Source: Paramoeba atlantica (Eukaryota > Protista > Discosea). Taken from it: DNA of 64,000 nucleotides. The stretch is taken from positions 1-64,000 of the forward strand of contig CDRNVI010000010.1 of NCBI GenBank assembly GCA_977017575.1, written 5' to 3'. The number at the start of each line of letters is the position of its first letter. The stretch's first letter is position 1. The notes under the pieces were generated by a model. The model made no database searches. It had not been told where the DNA came from and saw only the letters and a list, made by a program, of their open reading frames with translations. Shown one piece after another: positions 33,523-44,330 of this stretch. Made by a program: the position numbers and the translations under genes.

Positions 33523-34393
33523 TTTACTTCGTTCATTCATTCCTTCATTCCTTTATTCTTTCTCTCCCCTGCTTTCTTGCCTTCCGTGTCTTTCTTTCTT
33601 TCCTTCCATTCTTTCAATGCGTAAACTTAAAGTTTGCGTCGTATAGCGGTTCTCCGCCCAATGGTGAGTATGTAGTTAGTATCTGTAGGTACGTGTGAGT
33701 TTCTGTAAATTTCTGTGAGTCGCTGTGGGCTGCTGTGAGTATCTGTGAGTAGCTGTGGGTATTTTTTTCCCTCGGAAGAGCCTGAAAGACGAGAAGAGGC
33801 ACTCAAAAGATCGGTGGTTAAGGAGGTTAGCATATCCATGCTTTCGAAACAGCGAAACGGCGAGGGCCCGCGTGAGCGGGCCTGAGCCGTACCCCGCGTA
33901 GGATTCCCCTGTGCGTCGTTAGTGGGAAGCAATTTGCGAAGCTCACTGAATTTCGTAGTTTTCGCTACGCAGGCGTTGTCAACGTATATAGTGAAGTGTA
34001 GGATACTGAACGCACGGAAAATGAAAATCAAAAAAAATTCTTGGGTGTTCCACAAAAGTCCTTGACATATGCAAGAGTCCTTGACTTGCACCGTAAATTT
34101 CCGTTCGTTGAGTACTCAACGAAAATCCGGCAGTTCGTTGAGTACAACGAACGTACCCCCAACCCAATATTTTTTGGGTCGCGCACTGAGGACCTGTGTC
34201 TGCCGCTTCCGCAGGTTTGTGTATTTGTAAGTTATGACTTTATCTTTGTAAACTTATGAGGCAATAGTTTTAAGAATCCTTCCGCTTTTTGATAACGTTT
34301 CGGATTTGTTTTTGTCTTACGGATCAAGGTAGCAGCCAGGAGCATGATGCAGACCGAAACGAGCTTTTTTTTTACAAAAAGAAATTGCGTTTT

Positions 34394-34527
34394 CATTCAT
34401 CGAACAGGATGTCCTGTTCGATGAATGATTTATCGAACGGGTCGTACTGCAATCCATTCATCGAACAGGATGTCCTGTTCGATGAATATTCATCGAACGG
34501 ACAGTGCGTTCGATGAATATTCATCGA
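34394..34527. repeat. Cluster of near-perfect palindromes built from ATTCATCGAAC / GTTCGATGAAT
   Basis: CATTCATCGAACAGGA-TG-TCCTGTTCGATGAATG at 34394-34427, repeated at 34456-34487. TCGATGAATATTCATCGA at 34479-34496 and 34510-34527. Confidence 0.9.
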
Positions 34528-35507
34528 GTGCCCCCCCTCCCCTATAAATCTGCTTTACCATTTTTATTTCTGTCAAAAAAACCGAAGAACAAAAACTGAA
34601 AGTCACAAAGGAATAGCAAAAAGTTTGAGTACCTGTAGATTTCTGTGAATCGCTGTGAGTCGCTGTGAGTATTTTTTTGCGACGAAAAATGGCGATCTAG
34701 AGACTCACCAATGGGTCCACCTATCTTCCTCACACTTCGCTTCAATGATACTAAGTATCAACGAAGCGACGCCGGGCTTGGAACCGGTATCTAGCGTGTT
34801 TACGTAGGTGGTGATAATGTGCATTTATATCGGTAAGACTTGGCAAAGAAAAATATTGTTGTGACGCGGTCCTTCCGCCACACGTTGGGCAACAGCATCG
34901 CAGATAGCACTGTCCACGCGGTTACTCGCCCTCTTCCGAGTTCTTGGTGTCTTATCCTGGGAGCTTTGGAAGAGTTTTATCCTGCGTTGAAGAGCGAACC
35001 TCTTGAGAAGAAAATACTTCCGGTGAAGAGGTGGTAATTGCAACATCATGTACCTTACTGATTGATCGAGAAGAGTGCCGAGGTGGAGAGTTCGTCGGGA
35101 AGAATCTTTTTCGACATTAGACTTCTTACAAGTACTCTCTGGCAGAGGAAAACCATGTGGAAGACGAATGGAAGGAGGAGGAATGCGAAATCCTCCCGTA
35201 GGCTCTCTACCTCTCATTTTACCAGTTAAGAATAAAGAAGTTGATATACTTTATCGTTATTCGATACTTTTAGTAGTGTAGGGAAAATCAGACGCTACAA
35301 TTTATTCAACAAACCGCTTCACAGTATTTAATTCCCAAAATATGGTTTCAGAAAACAAGCAAAGGTAAACAACATATTAAGTGGTAATAGGAAGTAATAG
35401 AAGGTAATTACCTCATTACCACATACAGGGTAGGAATCAATGGAATAATTGTTTTTGAAAATCATTTTCCCTTAATTAGTATAATTCTTAATTAATGTTT
35501 CTACGGT

Positions 35508-35746
35508 AAAAAATAATTGAATTTCTCATGGGAGGAGATTTAATTACTTGAAATGTGATAAATTGGCCTCTTGAAAAATGTGCAGAAAGTGATAATCCGT
35601 CTATCGGATGCACGCATTAAAGAGTTTTGGTTCCATGCTTTAACGCGCAAAGTCTGTGTTGAGATCTGCAAAATGCAACGAAAATCAGATCAAACGGACA
35701 CTTGGATGAAAAGTTAGAGGGGGGTGACTTTTCGCTGTGGGGGGTT
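35508..35746 (+). mobile_element. Solo right end of the MITE family found at 51406-52329
   Basis: Diverged direct copy of 52087-52329, ending in the same TIR AGAGGGGGGTGACTTTTCGCTGTGGGGGGTT. Confidence 0.8.
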
Positions 35747-35949
35747 AATTTTCACTATTTGTGTCCACTTTTTTCAATAATCGAGGGTAGAATGGTAGCT
35801 ATACAACTACTGCAATCGAGTGTAGAGCGGCAGTTGTACAATCACTGCAATTCACTTCATTGCGGAAAAATGGGTTGCTGAAAAGAATTCAAAAAAGACC
35901 ACAGTTTTGAAAGGGTTCGGCTGAACGAATCCAACCCAGTGAATTCTCA

Positions 35950-37200
35950 TTATATCGTGTTTTCTGTGTTTCGAACAAAATGCCATATTTTAAGATGTCC
36001 ATCTTCACCTACACTTGCTAGGAATGCATCGCGAGTGTCTCGGCGCCATGCCACATCCAGTAGAGCGCCTTCGTGATCCTCTTCCGAAGGATTAGTAGGA
36101 ATATAGAACAAAGAAGCTTTTTTGCCAACTCCGTTGTCTGTTTGGTTTCGCCTAATCTTGCACAAACCAACGTGCCCATCAGCTCCTCCATATGCAACAA
36201 GATCCAGAGGTCCCCAATCAACGGAGTATATGGGACCTTCGTTCAAACACTGAAAAACATCAGAAATTGTCCATAACTGACATTTGGCAGAAGATTCATC
36301 GAAAAACCGCGGACGAAACCACAGAATTATTCGCTCATCGGACCCGCAGGTGACCATATACTCGGTAAGGCCACTGGTATTTTCTTCGAATAGTATTTTC
36401 CAAACTGTGTCTAGATGTTCTTGCAAAACGAATGGACAATCCCACTCATCGCTATAGACGCCTTTTTTTGGACACCAAATACGAATCGTTTCATCATAGC
36501 CGCATGAGTAGAGCTCATCCTTCGAGGGGTGCCACGCAACAAACTTTACGTCTTGCGTATGACCTTCTAATAAACACAACACTTCGTGTTCCTGTTTTAA
36601 TGTACTGGTATACATCAGTTCATCTTTTGCTCGTGAATCTCCAGCAATAACCGAGCCACTGGATTCATGTGAAGATTCCAAATCAAAATCCTGAGTATTT
36701 GCTGCACAGGATGGCATACCATGAGCATCTGCCGAGTTTATCCATATCCATACTGTTTTGTCGCGACTGCATGTTGCTATAAGACTTTTTTTTAAATGCC
36801 AGGCACAACACTTCACCTCACTGTCGTGACCTTCAAGGCATTCTTTAGCGCTAAAATATACGTCAGAGATCTCTTTTGGCCTATCAGAAGTAGAAACGGT
36901 TGAAAATTCAGAAAAGACAACGTCATATAAGTAAGTGCAGGAGTCAAAGCTACAAGTCATCAGACGGTCTCCTTGTGGACTCCACGCCACACGCCGAATT
37001 GCTCGACGATGTGGCGTTGTGTGGCGAGCGATCCATTGTCGTCGAGAAAAGTCGAATACGCATATGCAGCAATCGGAGCCACCCGTCACAATTAACGGTT
37101 TGTAAGGATGCCAAGCGCAACACCAAGCTGATCCTGCATGTGCCTTCGAATCATATACAATGTTCATAAAAAGAAAAATAAAAAAATCTAGATTCTCCAA
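35950..37200 (-). CDS. CIA1: Cytosolic Fe-S assembly WD40 protein CIA1/CIAO1
   Basis: AH..AWCCAWHP, HRRAIRRVAWSP, LEGHDSEVKCCAW, ATCSRDKTVWIW, LEGHTQDVKFVAWHP...SCGYDETIRIW. Confidence 0.9.
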   Translation of the reverse strand: MENLDFFIFLFMNIVYDSKAHAGSAWCCAWHPYKPLIVTGGSDCCICVFDFSRRQWIARHTTPHRRAIRRVAWSPQGDRLMTCSFDSCTYLYDVVFSEFSTVSTSDRPKEISDVYFSAKECLEGHDSEVKCCAWHLKKSLIATCSRDKTVWIWINSADAHGMPSCAANTQDFDLESSHESSGSVIAGDSRAKDELMYTSTLKQEHEVLCLLEGHTQDVKFVAWHPSKDELYSCGYDETIRIWCPKKGVYSDEWDCPFVLQEHLDTVWKILFEENTSGLTEYMVTCGSDERIILWFRPRFFDESSAKCQLWTISDVFQCLNEGPIYSVDWGPLDLVAYGGADGHVGLCKIRRNQTDNGVGKKASLFYIPTNPSEEDHEGALLDVAWRRDTRDAFLASVGEDGHLKIWHFVRNTENTI

Positions 37201-37485
37201 AAATCATCGCCGATTGCAAGAATTATCATTAGGCAAGTATTACCATTAGGTGTGCGAGTCTAAACGTAGGGGGATGAAAGACTGTCTTTGCCGTGTGCAC
37301 TGGACAGCTTTTACTAGAGAAAAGACTTGCAGGTGTATAAGTAAGAAATGAACACAAGGAAGTGTGAACCACTTCAAAGAGTGGGTATATGACAGAGACG
37401 AATCGACAAAATAAGTTTGCCGTAGCGCTTCGTATTAATGACAAAAATTCATGATGCGGGACTCATGCTCTGATCACAAAATAGG

Positions 37486-39045
37486 CTAGTCAAAAAATGC
37501 AGCATGCTTCTGGTTTCTTATCGGAGTACGTAAGTCAACAACCTTGGATAGATTCATGCCACCTGTTTTCCAGTCTTCTATCTCAAAAATATGGTCAACA
37601 ACGTTATCTAAATCTTTATAAACATGTGCAAGAAAGGGATTCTCCTTGCAGCACTGTAGCTGGACCACGAAATCAAAACTACATGGATTCATGCGCTCTA
37701 ATACGGTTTTCCGTAGCTTTTTCTTTGCTCTTTTTTCATCATATGAGAGTAGAACAGGCTGAGATCCACCTAGAAGCCTATTTAAAGATGTGTTGCGGAC
37801 AATGTTAGCGAGCGATGAACCGTGTACGGTACAAAGGACGCGAACCCCACGCTGCGTCGCACTGCAAACGCCGATTGCCTCTTCCTCTGTACCTATTTCG
37901 TCGATGACTAATATGTCCGGAGCGTGATTCTGCACACCCTCCATCATGACTTTCAACTGCTGCTCTCGAGATGGAACCTGAAGGCGTCGAGTACCACCAA
38001 AATACGGTGCCACCCCATCGGATTCCCCAACGATCTCATTCGAGGTATCAATCACCACCACCCTCGGAGGATCCGGCAGACGACTCAGGCTTGCGACGGC
38101 GTCCCGTAGCACAGTCGTTTTCCCCCCGCCTGGAGGCGACACGACCAACACGCTGCCAAAATACAGCAGATCGACCAGGAGACGTCCCGCAAAAGGGATG
38201 TATCGTCCCAGACGGATCGTACACCCGAGGGCGGTGCCATCCTTCCCCAGCAGCGCCCCCACACGGTGTAGCGTGCCGGGTATCCCCGCGCGGTGGTCGG
38301 TGCCAAGCCTGGGAAGCCTTTGAAAGAGATGCGCGATGTCCGTATTCTGCACAATATGGTCTAAGACTACCTGGGAGGTGCGGGTGTAAAGCACGGGCCT
38401 CTGGGAGACGTGCAGGTAGAGCTCTGTGGGCTCACACGGGGTTGTGGTTTCCGTCAACTCGTCGGGGTGGGTCGGTGTGCCTCGTAGACGTTCGATGGCT
38501 AAGACGACTTGTGATCGTAGGGTTACGGGCAGGAGTTGGATGAAACGGTCGTACTCCATTTGATAGGAGGAAGCAGCAAGATTGCGAAGAAGAGTTCGAT
38601 TTTCTTTTGCTTTGTTTCGAAGCATGTCTTCGCTTTCGCTAGATTCGTTGGCGTCTTGATCAGTTTTTTCTAATTTTTTCTTACAAAAGCTTTCGATATG
38701 CTCGGCGTCTTTAATAATGTTGCGGTGTAGTTTGTCCCAGGCGTGAAATAAGTTCATAGTGGCCTTATCGATCGGATGTTCATACTTTCTCTTGTGACGG
38801 ACGTCTCGATTAGTGTCCGTCATGGGTCGAAAAGAAAATGTAGACGAATTATCGTGGGAGCGAAAAGCAATGAAATTATTCGAAATCGTCGAATGTTTAA
38901 TCCGCGTGAGCTTTCTTCTATCCAAGGAAAATGGTTTGTAAGCAATATTGAAGAGCGGGATCGGCGATTTTTTAGCACGTGAATCTAATAGCGTTTCTCG
39001 TGTTGTCCTACATCGAAGAAAATTTGCTTTGCATAAGCAAAACAT
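37486..39045 (-). CDS. Ycf45/SpoIIIAA-like AAA+ ATPase
   Basis: Walker A SPPGGGKTT, VVVIDTSNEI, Walker B LVIDEIG, CTVHG. The true start may be a downstream ATG (MTDTNRDV). Confidence 0.75.
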   Translation of the reverse strand: MFCLCKANFLRCRTTRETLLDSRAKKSPIPLFNIAYKPFSLDRRKLTRIKHSTISNNFIAFRSHDNSSTFSFRPMTDTNRDVRHKRKYEHPIDKATMNLFHAWDKLHRNIIKDAEHIESFCKKKLEKTDQDANESSESEDMLRNKAKENRTLLRNLAASSYQMEYDRFIQLLPVTLRSQVVLAIERLRGTPTHPDELTETTTPCEPTELYLHVSQRPVLYTRTSQVVLDHIVQNTDIAHLFQRLPRLGTDHRAGIPGTLHRVGALLGKDGTALGCTIRLGRYIPFAGRLLVDLLYFGSVLVVSPPGGGKTTVLRDAVASLSRLPDPPRVVVIDTSNEIVGESDGVAPYFGGTRRLQVPSREQQLKVMMEGVQNHAPDILVIDEIGTEEEAIGVCSATQRGVRVLCTVHGSSLANIVRNTSLNRLLGGSQPVLLSYDEKRAKKKLRKTVLERMNPCSFDFVVQLQCCKENPFLAHVYKDLDNVVDHIFEIEDWKTGGMNLSKVVDLRTPIRNQKHAAFFD

Positions 39046-39370
39046 TTGACAAAGTAAGAGGTGGTGTGTAGGCAGTAAATCAAAAAATTATAGTTGGAAT
39101 TATCTGATCACAGTACTTCAAAGTGAAAATTCCTTAGACAAGAAAGAAAACATGAAAATTTAGTTTTTAGAAAGTTCAGAAACTCCTGAAATTAGATTAT
39201 AGCAGTGCTAAAAAGCTGCTTGGGGAAGTGAGTCAGTGTCGAAATATGGAAAAGTCATTTTATCCTCATTAAGAGTAAGAAAATGTTTTGTCACAAAGAA
39301 TATGTACGAGCAAAAAAGTTTTGCCTCCTACATTCTGCAGAGCGAATTGAAAGCTGGAGAGAAGGATTGC

Positions 39371-40069
39371 CTAGTAAGTTCGCGTGTCTCCCAATAAGAT
39401 GCTTTGTGGGGGTGGGGGTAGGTGATAGACGCTGGACGCTTCAGAGATGCTGGAATTCGCGCTCCTCAAAGAAGCTTCATTGGGAATAAATATGGACATG
39501 TCCACTTCCTTTTTCGGAGAATCCGACACGCTGTACAATTTTGAAATGTCCTGTCTGCTTCTTACTGGAGCTGAAGTGACTCCTCGGGGCTTTTCTGCAG
39601 TCTCCTCACGGGAGAAGGAGGGTGAGGCGACATGCACACGAGATTTTGTACGTGCCGCCTTGTGTTTTTCATTCTGTAGTTTGTGGGGATCATTCAAGAG
39701 TTCCAATAGATTCTCCACCCGCCGTTTCGCTCCGTCGATGCGAGATGCCGTAGCAAGGGATGCTCTATGATCCCGCATGTCCCGGAGAACTGCGCTGGTT
39801 CCATGAAGGGTGAGATATTCCATGCAATCGAGCGCCTTAGTGATCTGTATCTCTTTGCTGTGAGGGTTATGTATTCGCTTCCACAGGGCGCGCAGTATGA
39901 TTCTCCTCTTCTCGCTGTCGTGAGTGGCTTCGGCAAGTTGTTGCATTTGTTGCGTAGTGGGTCCCCAGACATCCGTGTTGGTCGCATCCTTTACTTTAGC
40001 TTTAATTTCAGAGTATCGGTGGACCCAATATTTCAGTGTACGAAAAAGCGTATTGAGCTCGACGGACAT
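39371..40069 (-). CDS. ENTH-domain (epsin-like) protein
   Basis: KVKDATNTDVWGPT...LWKRI...KALDCMEYLTLHG. Confidence 0.85.
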   Translation of the reverse strand: MSVELNTLFRTLKYWVHRYSEIKAKVKDATNTDVWGPTTQQMQQLAEATHDSEKRRIILRALWKRIHNPHSKEIQITKALDCMEYLTLHGTSAVLRDMRDHRASLATASRIDGAKRRVENLLELLNDPHKLQNEKHKAARTKSRVHVASPSFSREETAEKPRGVTSAPVRSRQDISKLYSVSDSPKKEVDMSIFIPNEASLRSANSSISEASSVYHLPPPPQSILLGDTRTY

Positions 40070-40603
40070 CTCAAAACGTTAAAAGTGGATAGATATTTAT
40101 TAAAAAAATGGCCCAGCATGACCTCTCGATTTCCCCTATACTGTCCCCTGTACATGTTTTATCGCGAAAACACAGATTTTACTGCTGAAAAAATTAGTAG
40201 CAACCCAGTACAGGTTATTAAATCTTAAAGTAGATCTTCACGTACAATGGGTAGATGCCAGAGATTATAAAAACATAGCGCATTGTCCTCCATTCATAAT
40301 GTCGCAGATTTTGACCACGCGTTATACACAGTGTAGCTTAAAGAAAGAAAGAAATTATCGTAAGATTCGAAAAAAGATGTAACCATTCACCAGCGGAATT
40401 GCTGCTTCTATACCGAACTTCGAATTGGGTGCGAAAATAAGAAGTAAAAAATATAAAATGCATATCAGATTTTTTTTCCAGAACAGAGTTCAAATTTTTG
40501 TGTTCATTTTACTTGAGGCTCAACAACACTTGAGGTTCAATATCACTAATAATTCATTTTTTCTTCACTAATAATTCATTTTTTGGATGCGCTGTTGCAA
40601 AAA

Positions 40604-41857
40604 TTATTTTGCTTTGTTTCTTTCACGGGAGGCCAGCTGTATTACGTCTAACCCTAAGAGACCATGCTTCTGCACTGCCTCGTCAGATACCGTCACGCTT
40701 TCTTCTTCAGCCTGAGTACTCCCTGAGTTTCGCTCCTTGGGGTCTTCCGCCACCTCCGCATCCGTTTCCTTCCGAGCGGCTCTCTGCTGCAGCCGAACAA
40801 TTTCCGCAATAAGTTTCTCACGATTGAGAGAAGCCCCATCTGTGCCCGCTATGCGTTTTCCAGAACTTTTCTTGGCAGCGATATGAGCCTGTGTTTTTTC
40901 AGCGAGCTCAATAAGCTCTGCCTTACTTTTGAGATGAACGGATAACAGACGCTTTTCCTCATGAGGCATGTGGGAAAACGGGAAATTGTTGTCAGCCTCG
41001 AGTTCCGCACGGTCGCGTACCTCAGGGTTCCAATCCAAGTACCTCCACTGGCCAAGTTGTCCCTCCAGATGCTTAATCGTAAGACGCTGCATGATCGCTT
41101 CATGCGCCAGCATGGGTTTGAACTTTTCCAGTAGCTCGACAATGTAGTCCAGCCGTCGGGCTTGAATGGGCTTCAAGTACGCTGCGTTTTCTTTCTTGAT
41201 AGCCGCCTCGTTGCGCTCCGTGGAGTGCCGAGAAAGTGCATCATAGCGCCACCGTTTCTCCACGACAACTTCTCGATCGATCACATTGTTGTATTCTTCT
41301 GCTAAATTCATCTCTGGCGGAGTGAGGTGAGAAACGTTTTCGGCGCCTCCGGTTCGCTTTCTCTCGGCTTTGAAGGATTCGTATTTGACTCTTTTCTCAT
41401 GCTCCGAGCGAAGTGCAGCGCTTTTTTGCATGTCAAGTTGCGTGTAGACCAGCCACTTATCCATTTCTGCAAAGTTACTCGAACCCTCGTCCTTTAAATA
41501 CGACCACAACGCATGGCGCAACATTCGTTCAATCGCAGTTAGCTTGTCGGAGGGTTCATCGTCTTGGATGTTTTTCCTTAGTTTTGCAGCACTACCAATA
41601 AGGTTCTCAACTTCAGTGCTTAAGTCCCGGAATGAGTGTGAATATTTTCTGACATATGCGGGAGGCTTATTTCCCTTGATACATCTCAGAAGCTCAATTG
41701 CAGTGTTCGTATTTTTCTCAAGGATTTCACTTTTATTTTTTTCTCGATCAAAACGAGGAATAAATATCACCGGAGCCACGCCGCATACTCCACGTATTTG
41801 TGCTACGTACAGTGATGAAATCGAGTTATTGACTATTCCGCGCATTATGTTTAACAA
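40604..41857 (-). CDS. Hypothetical helical protein, possibly mitochondrial
   Basis: 417-aa ORF on the same strand as its neighbours, with an Arg/Ser-containing, acid-poor N-terminus. Family not recognised. The true start may be the internal ATG (MRGIVN). Confidence 0.7.
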   Translation of the reverse strand: MLNIMRGIVNNSISSLYVAQIRGVCGVAPVIFIPRFDREKNKSEILEKNTNTAIELLRCIKGNKPPAYVRKYSHSFRDLSTEVENLIGSAAKLRKNIQDDEPSDKLTAIERMLRHALWSYLKDEGSSNFAEMDKWLVYTQLDMQKSAALRSEHEKRVKYESFKAERKRTGGAENVSHLTPPEMNLAEEYNNVIDREVVVEKRWRYDALSRHSTERNEAAIKKENAAYLKPIQARRLDYIVELLEKFKPMLAHEAIMQRLTIKHLEGQLGQWRYLDWNPEVRDRAELEADNNFPFSHMPHEEKRLLSVHLKSKAELIELAEKTQAHIAAKKSSGKRIAGTDGASLNREKLIAEIVRLQQRAARKETDAEVAEDPKERNSGSTQAEEESVTVSDEAVQKHGLLGLDVIQLASRERNKAK

Positions 41858-42095
41858 GATGTAAAAAGAACTTGCACGATCTAAAAGTGATATGGTGAAT
41901 TAGTGAAAAGGAAATAGAGGACATAGAAACTAACTGAACTTACAAACTTCGATACAAAAATTATAACACCACGTCATCAGAAAAGATATTTTAAAAAATG
42001 TACAAAAATGACCCGCTACAGAATCCAGCAAAACGTACGCCATTTTTTCACTACTATAGAAATATTGTGATCCTTTAAATTAGAGAATAAAGAAT

Positions 42096-43877
42096 CTACG
42101 AATTCAAGTGACCTCCTTTGGTGAGAGAGATGCTAGAACCTCGCCGGTTTCTACTAGAGCACTTCTTTCGAACGGTAGAAGAATCTTGTGTATCTGTAGG
42201 CGATTGTGAAGAGTTGGCCGTGCCCTCATTCGATATGTCTACAATGGAAGAAGTTTTATCATTCTTTGCAAAAGATAACTTAGAAAACAAATCCTTAACA
42301 ACCAATTCACGTTCACGTAATCCTTCTGACTGTTGCATTTGCTCTATCACATGATTTGGGGAAGTGCCTTGTCGACTTTGACAGGGCACACCTCGAAAAG
42401 TCTTAACACATGTTTCAGTCGATTTTTTTCTGACCACTTTTGCCCAAGTAGAATCCATTACGTTGCAAACTGATGAAGTTTGATTCATCGGATTCTCAGA
42501 GAGAGATTTAAAATTAAAATCCTTCCTTTCGGTATCTAGCTCGCCTTCAATTTCAGAATTATCAGATGAGGAACATTTACTTAAGCAATCTCCGCAATCA
42601 TTTTCCTCAAGAAAGACGGACTCTGGCGCCGAGCACATTCTTAAATCTGTCTCGTTGACATCCTCCACTTCATTGGATCCTCTAGAAAGGAGGATTTTGT
42701 ATCTTCTCCTACGCGTTTCGAGTGCGCTTTTACAAGCAATCAATTCTTCTTTTGAAAGGTGGCCTCTCAAATCTGCTACGCATATGATGAACTCAGATCC
42801 TAGTGGAAGGAACGAAAAATCTTTGTATCGAGACTGCGTCAAGGTCGTTTGAACAATTTTTTCAAAATACAAGACTTTAAGTGACAGTTTGTACGGCTTT
42901 TCTTCCGTTTGTGGATTTGAGTGCAAAGACGACTCAGAAGAAAATCTCATTAATCGGCACTTGTTGCTTATTGCATTACGCACACGAGTCAGCAGCATTT
43001 GAGTACAGAACGGGTCCAGAAAAATACATTCACCATTTTCCGCATGATACAGATAATGATCTTTACTTTCGATTTTCACTGTTGTAGGCATTTTGTTTAC
43101 AGTGTGAGAAGTAAATTTTCCCCCAGCTTCCTTGATGTCGCTAATCTCAGCCTCCAATTTCGATAGGTACGTTGCGTGCCAAGTGCTGCACTCTTTGTCC
43201 TTGGTGTATTTCCTTCTTCGTTTTAACAAATCCGCTTTTGCTCTTTCGAGTACTAACAAGGCGGAAGATACAGAAGCTGTGTAATACTTCCCGCTAAGAT
43301 TATCGAGATCGTCATTGAGAATCAAAGGGTTCATGATCGCTTCACTATTTTGTAGAGGGATGTAGGCTTGACTGCCAGTCCGTCGGTACATGAGGCGAAA
43401 TGTTAGTGGAGTGTTTCGAAGCGCTAAGCCCAACCAAGCGGTTGAAAATTCTGAAATATGAACAGAATAGTAGCGCCCTACTTTTGGTTCAACTTTGTGA
43501 AAAATTAAATGACGAAGCAATTCGCGGGTAACCCCAATTTGCGAACAAATAGGACATTTATAAACGTCGATTGTGCACGTAGATTGTAATCTTGGTGAAG
43601 TTACCTTATAAATGCAATGCGCGCAGAATATATGCCCACATGGAGTAATCAAAGGTGCAACAAAATCTTCAAGACAAATTGGACAACAAGAAGCAAAGTC
43701 GTAAAAAGCTATGGCGTAAATATCTCCCCAATCCGGAGGCCAATCCATATCGTACAGAAAGCGGTACTCGTGGTTGACTGTGGCTCGATAAGATGCCGAG
43801 CACCAGGTGGGTCGAAGAATGACTTTATATTGCGGGCGTAAAAGCCATCGTTGCGAGCTCATTACTTTCGATGCCAA
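42096..43877 (-). CDS. C3HC4 RING protein, RNF10/MAG2-like
   Basis: CPICL...TPCGHIFCAHCI...CPIC. Downstream YLYHAENGECIFL and RYKDFSFLPLGSEF resemble RNF10-family blocks. Confidence 0.75.
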   Translation of the reverse strand: MASKVMSSQRWLLRPQYKVILRPTWCSASYRATVNHEYRFLYDMDWPPDWGDIYAIAFYDFASCCPICLEDFVAPLITPCGHIFCAHCIYKVTSPRLQSTCTIDVYKCPICSQIGVTRELLRHLIFHKVEPKVGRYYSVHISEFSTAWLGLALRNTPLTFRLMYRRTGSQAYIPLQNSEAIMNPLILNDDLDNLSGKYYTASVSSALLVLERAKADLLKRRRKYTKDKECSTWHATYLSKLEAEISDIKEAGGKFTSHTVNKMPTTVKIESKDHYLYHAENGECIFLDPFCTQMLLTRVRNAISNKCRLMRFSSESSLHSNPQTEEKPYKLSLKVLYFEKIVQTTLTQSRYKDFSFLPLGSEFIICVADLRGHLSKEELIACKSALETRRRRYKILLSRGSNEVEDVNETDLRMCSAPESVFLEENDCGDCLSKCSSSDNSEIEGELDTERKDFNFKSLSENPMNQTSSVCNVMDSTWAKVVRKKSTETCVKTFRGVPCQSRQGTSPNHVIEQMQQSEGLRERELVVKDLFSKLSFAKNDKTSSIVDISNEGTANSSQSPTDTQDSSTVRKKCSSRNRRGSSISLTKGGHLNS

Positions 43878-44330
43878 TTACTTCAAGGACCGAAGAAGCA
43901 TGAAGAAAAAGAAACCTCAAATGTAGACGAGGAGGTAATATGAACTATCTTAATAACACAAGATCAAACCTATCAAAGTATAAATTCACATGTTTCGTAA
44001 TAGAAAGATAATTTACTTTTATCTTATCCACAAGAACGTGATTAAAATGAAAATAGAGCATATTTATTGCCAAACTTGGACTCCTCTACTATCACTTCAT
44101 GATACAAAAAAACGAGATACTAACTGTTAACCTTTCTACAAATTACCAAAATCAAGAGCACACGATCGCCAAAGGCTAAAAAAAGAGAATAAGAGCAAAG
44201 TGAATTAGTCATAAAACTCATAATGTATGCCAACATCAAAGTACACAATTCATATATTAAAAGCACGGAATTCAGCATTCTGAATACATGCGCATTTCTC
44301 TTTTTACTACTAATCTCGAAATCTAATACT

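Noticed and set aside
34950-35120. Kinase pseudogene (GSFGRV)
   Set aside because: No downstream kinase motifs, and stops follow immediately.
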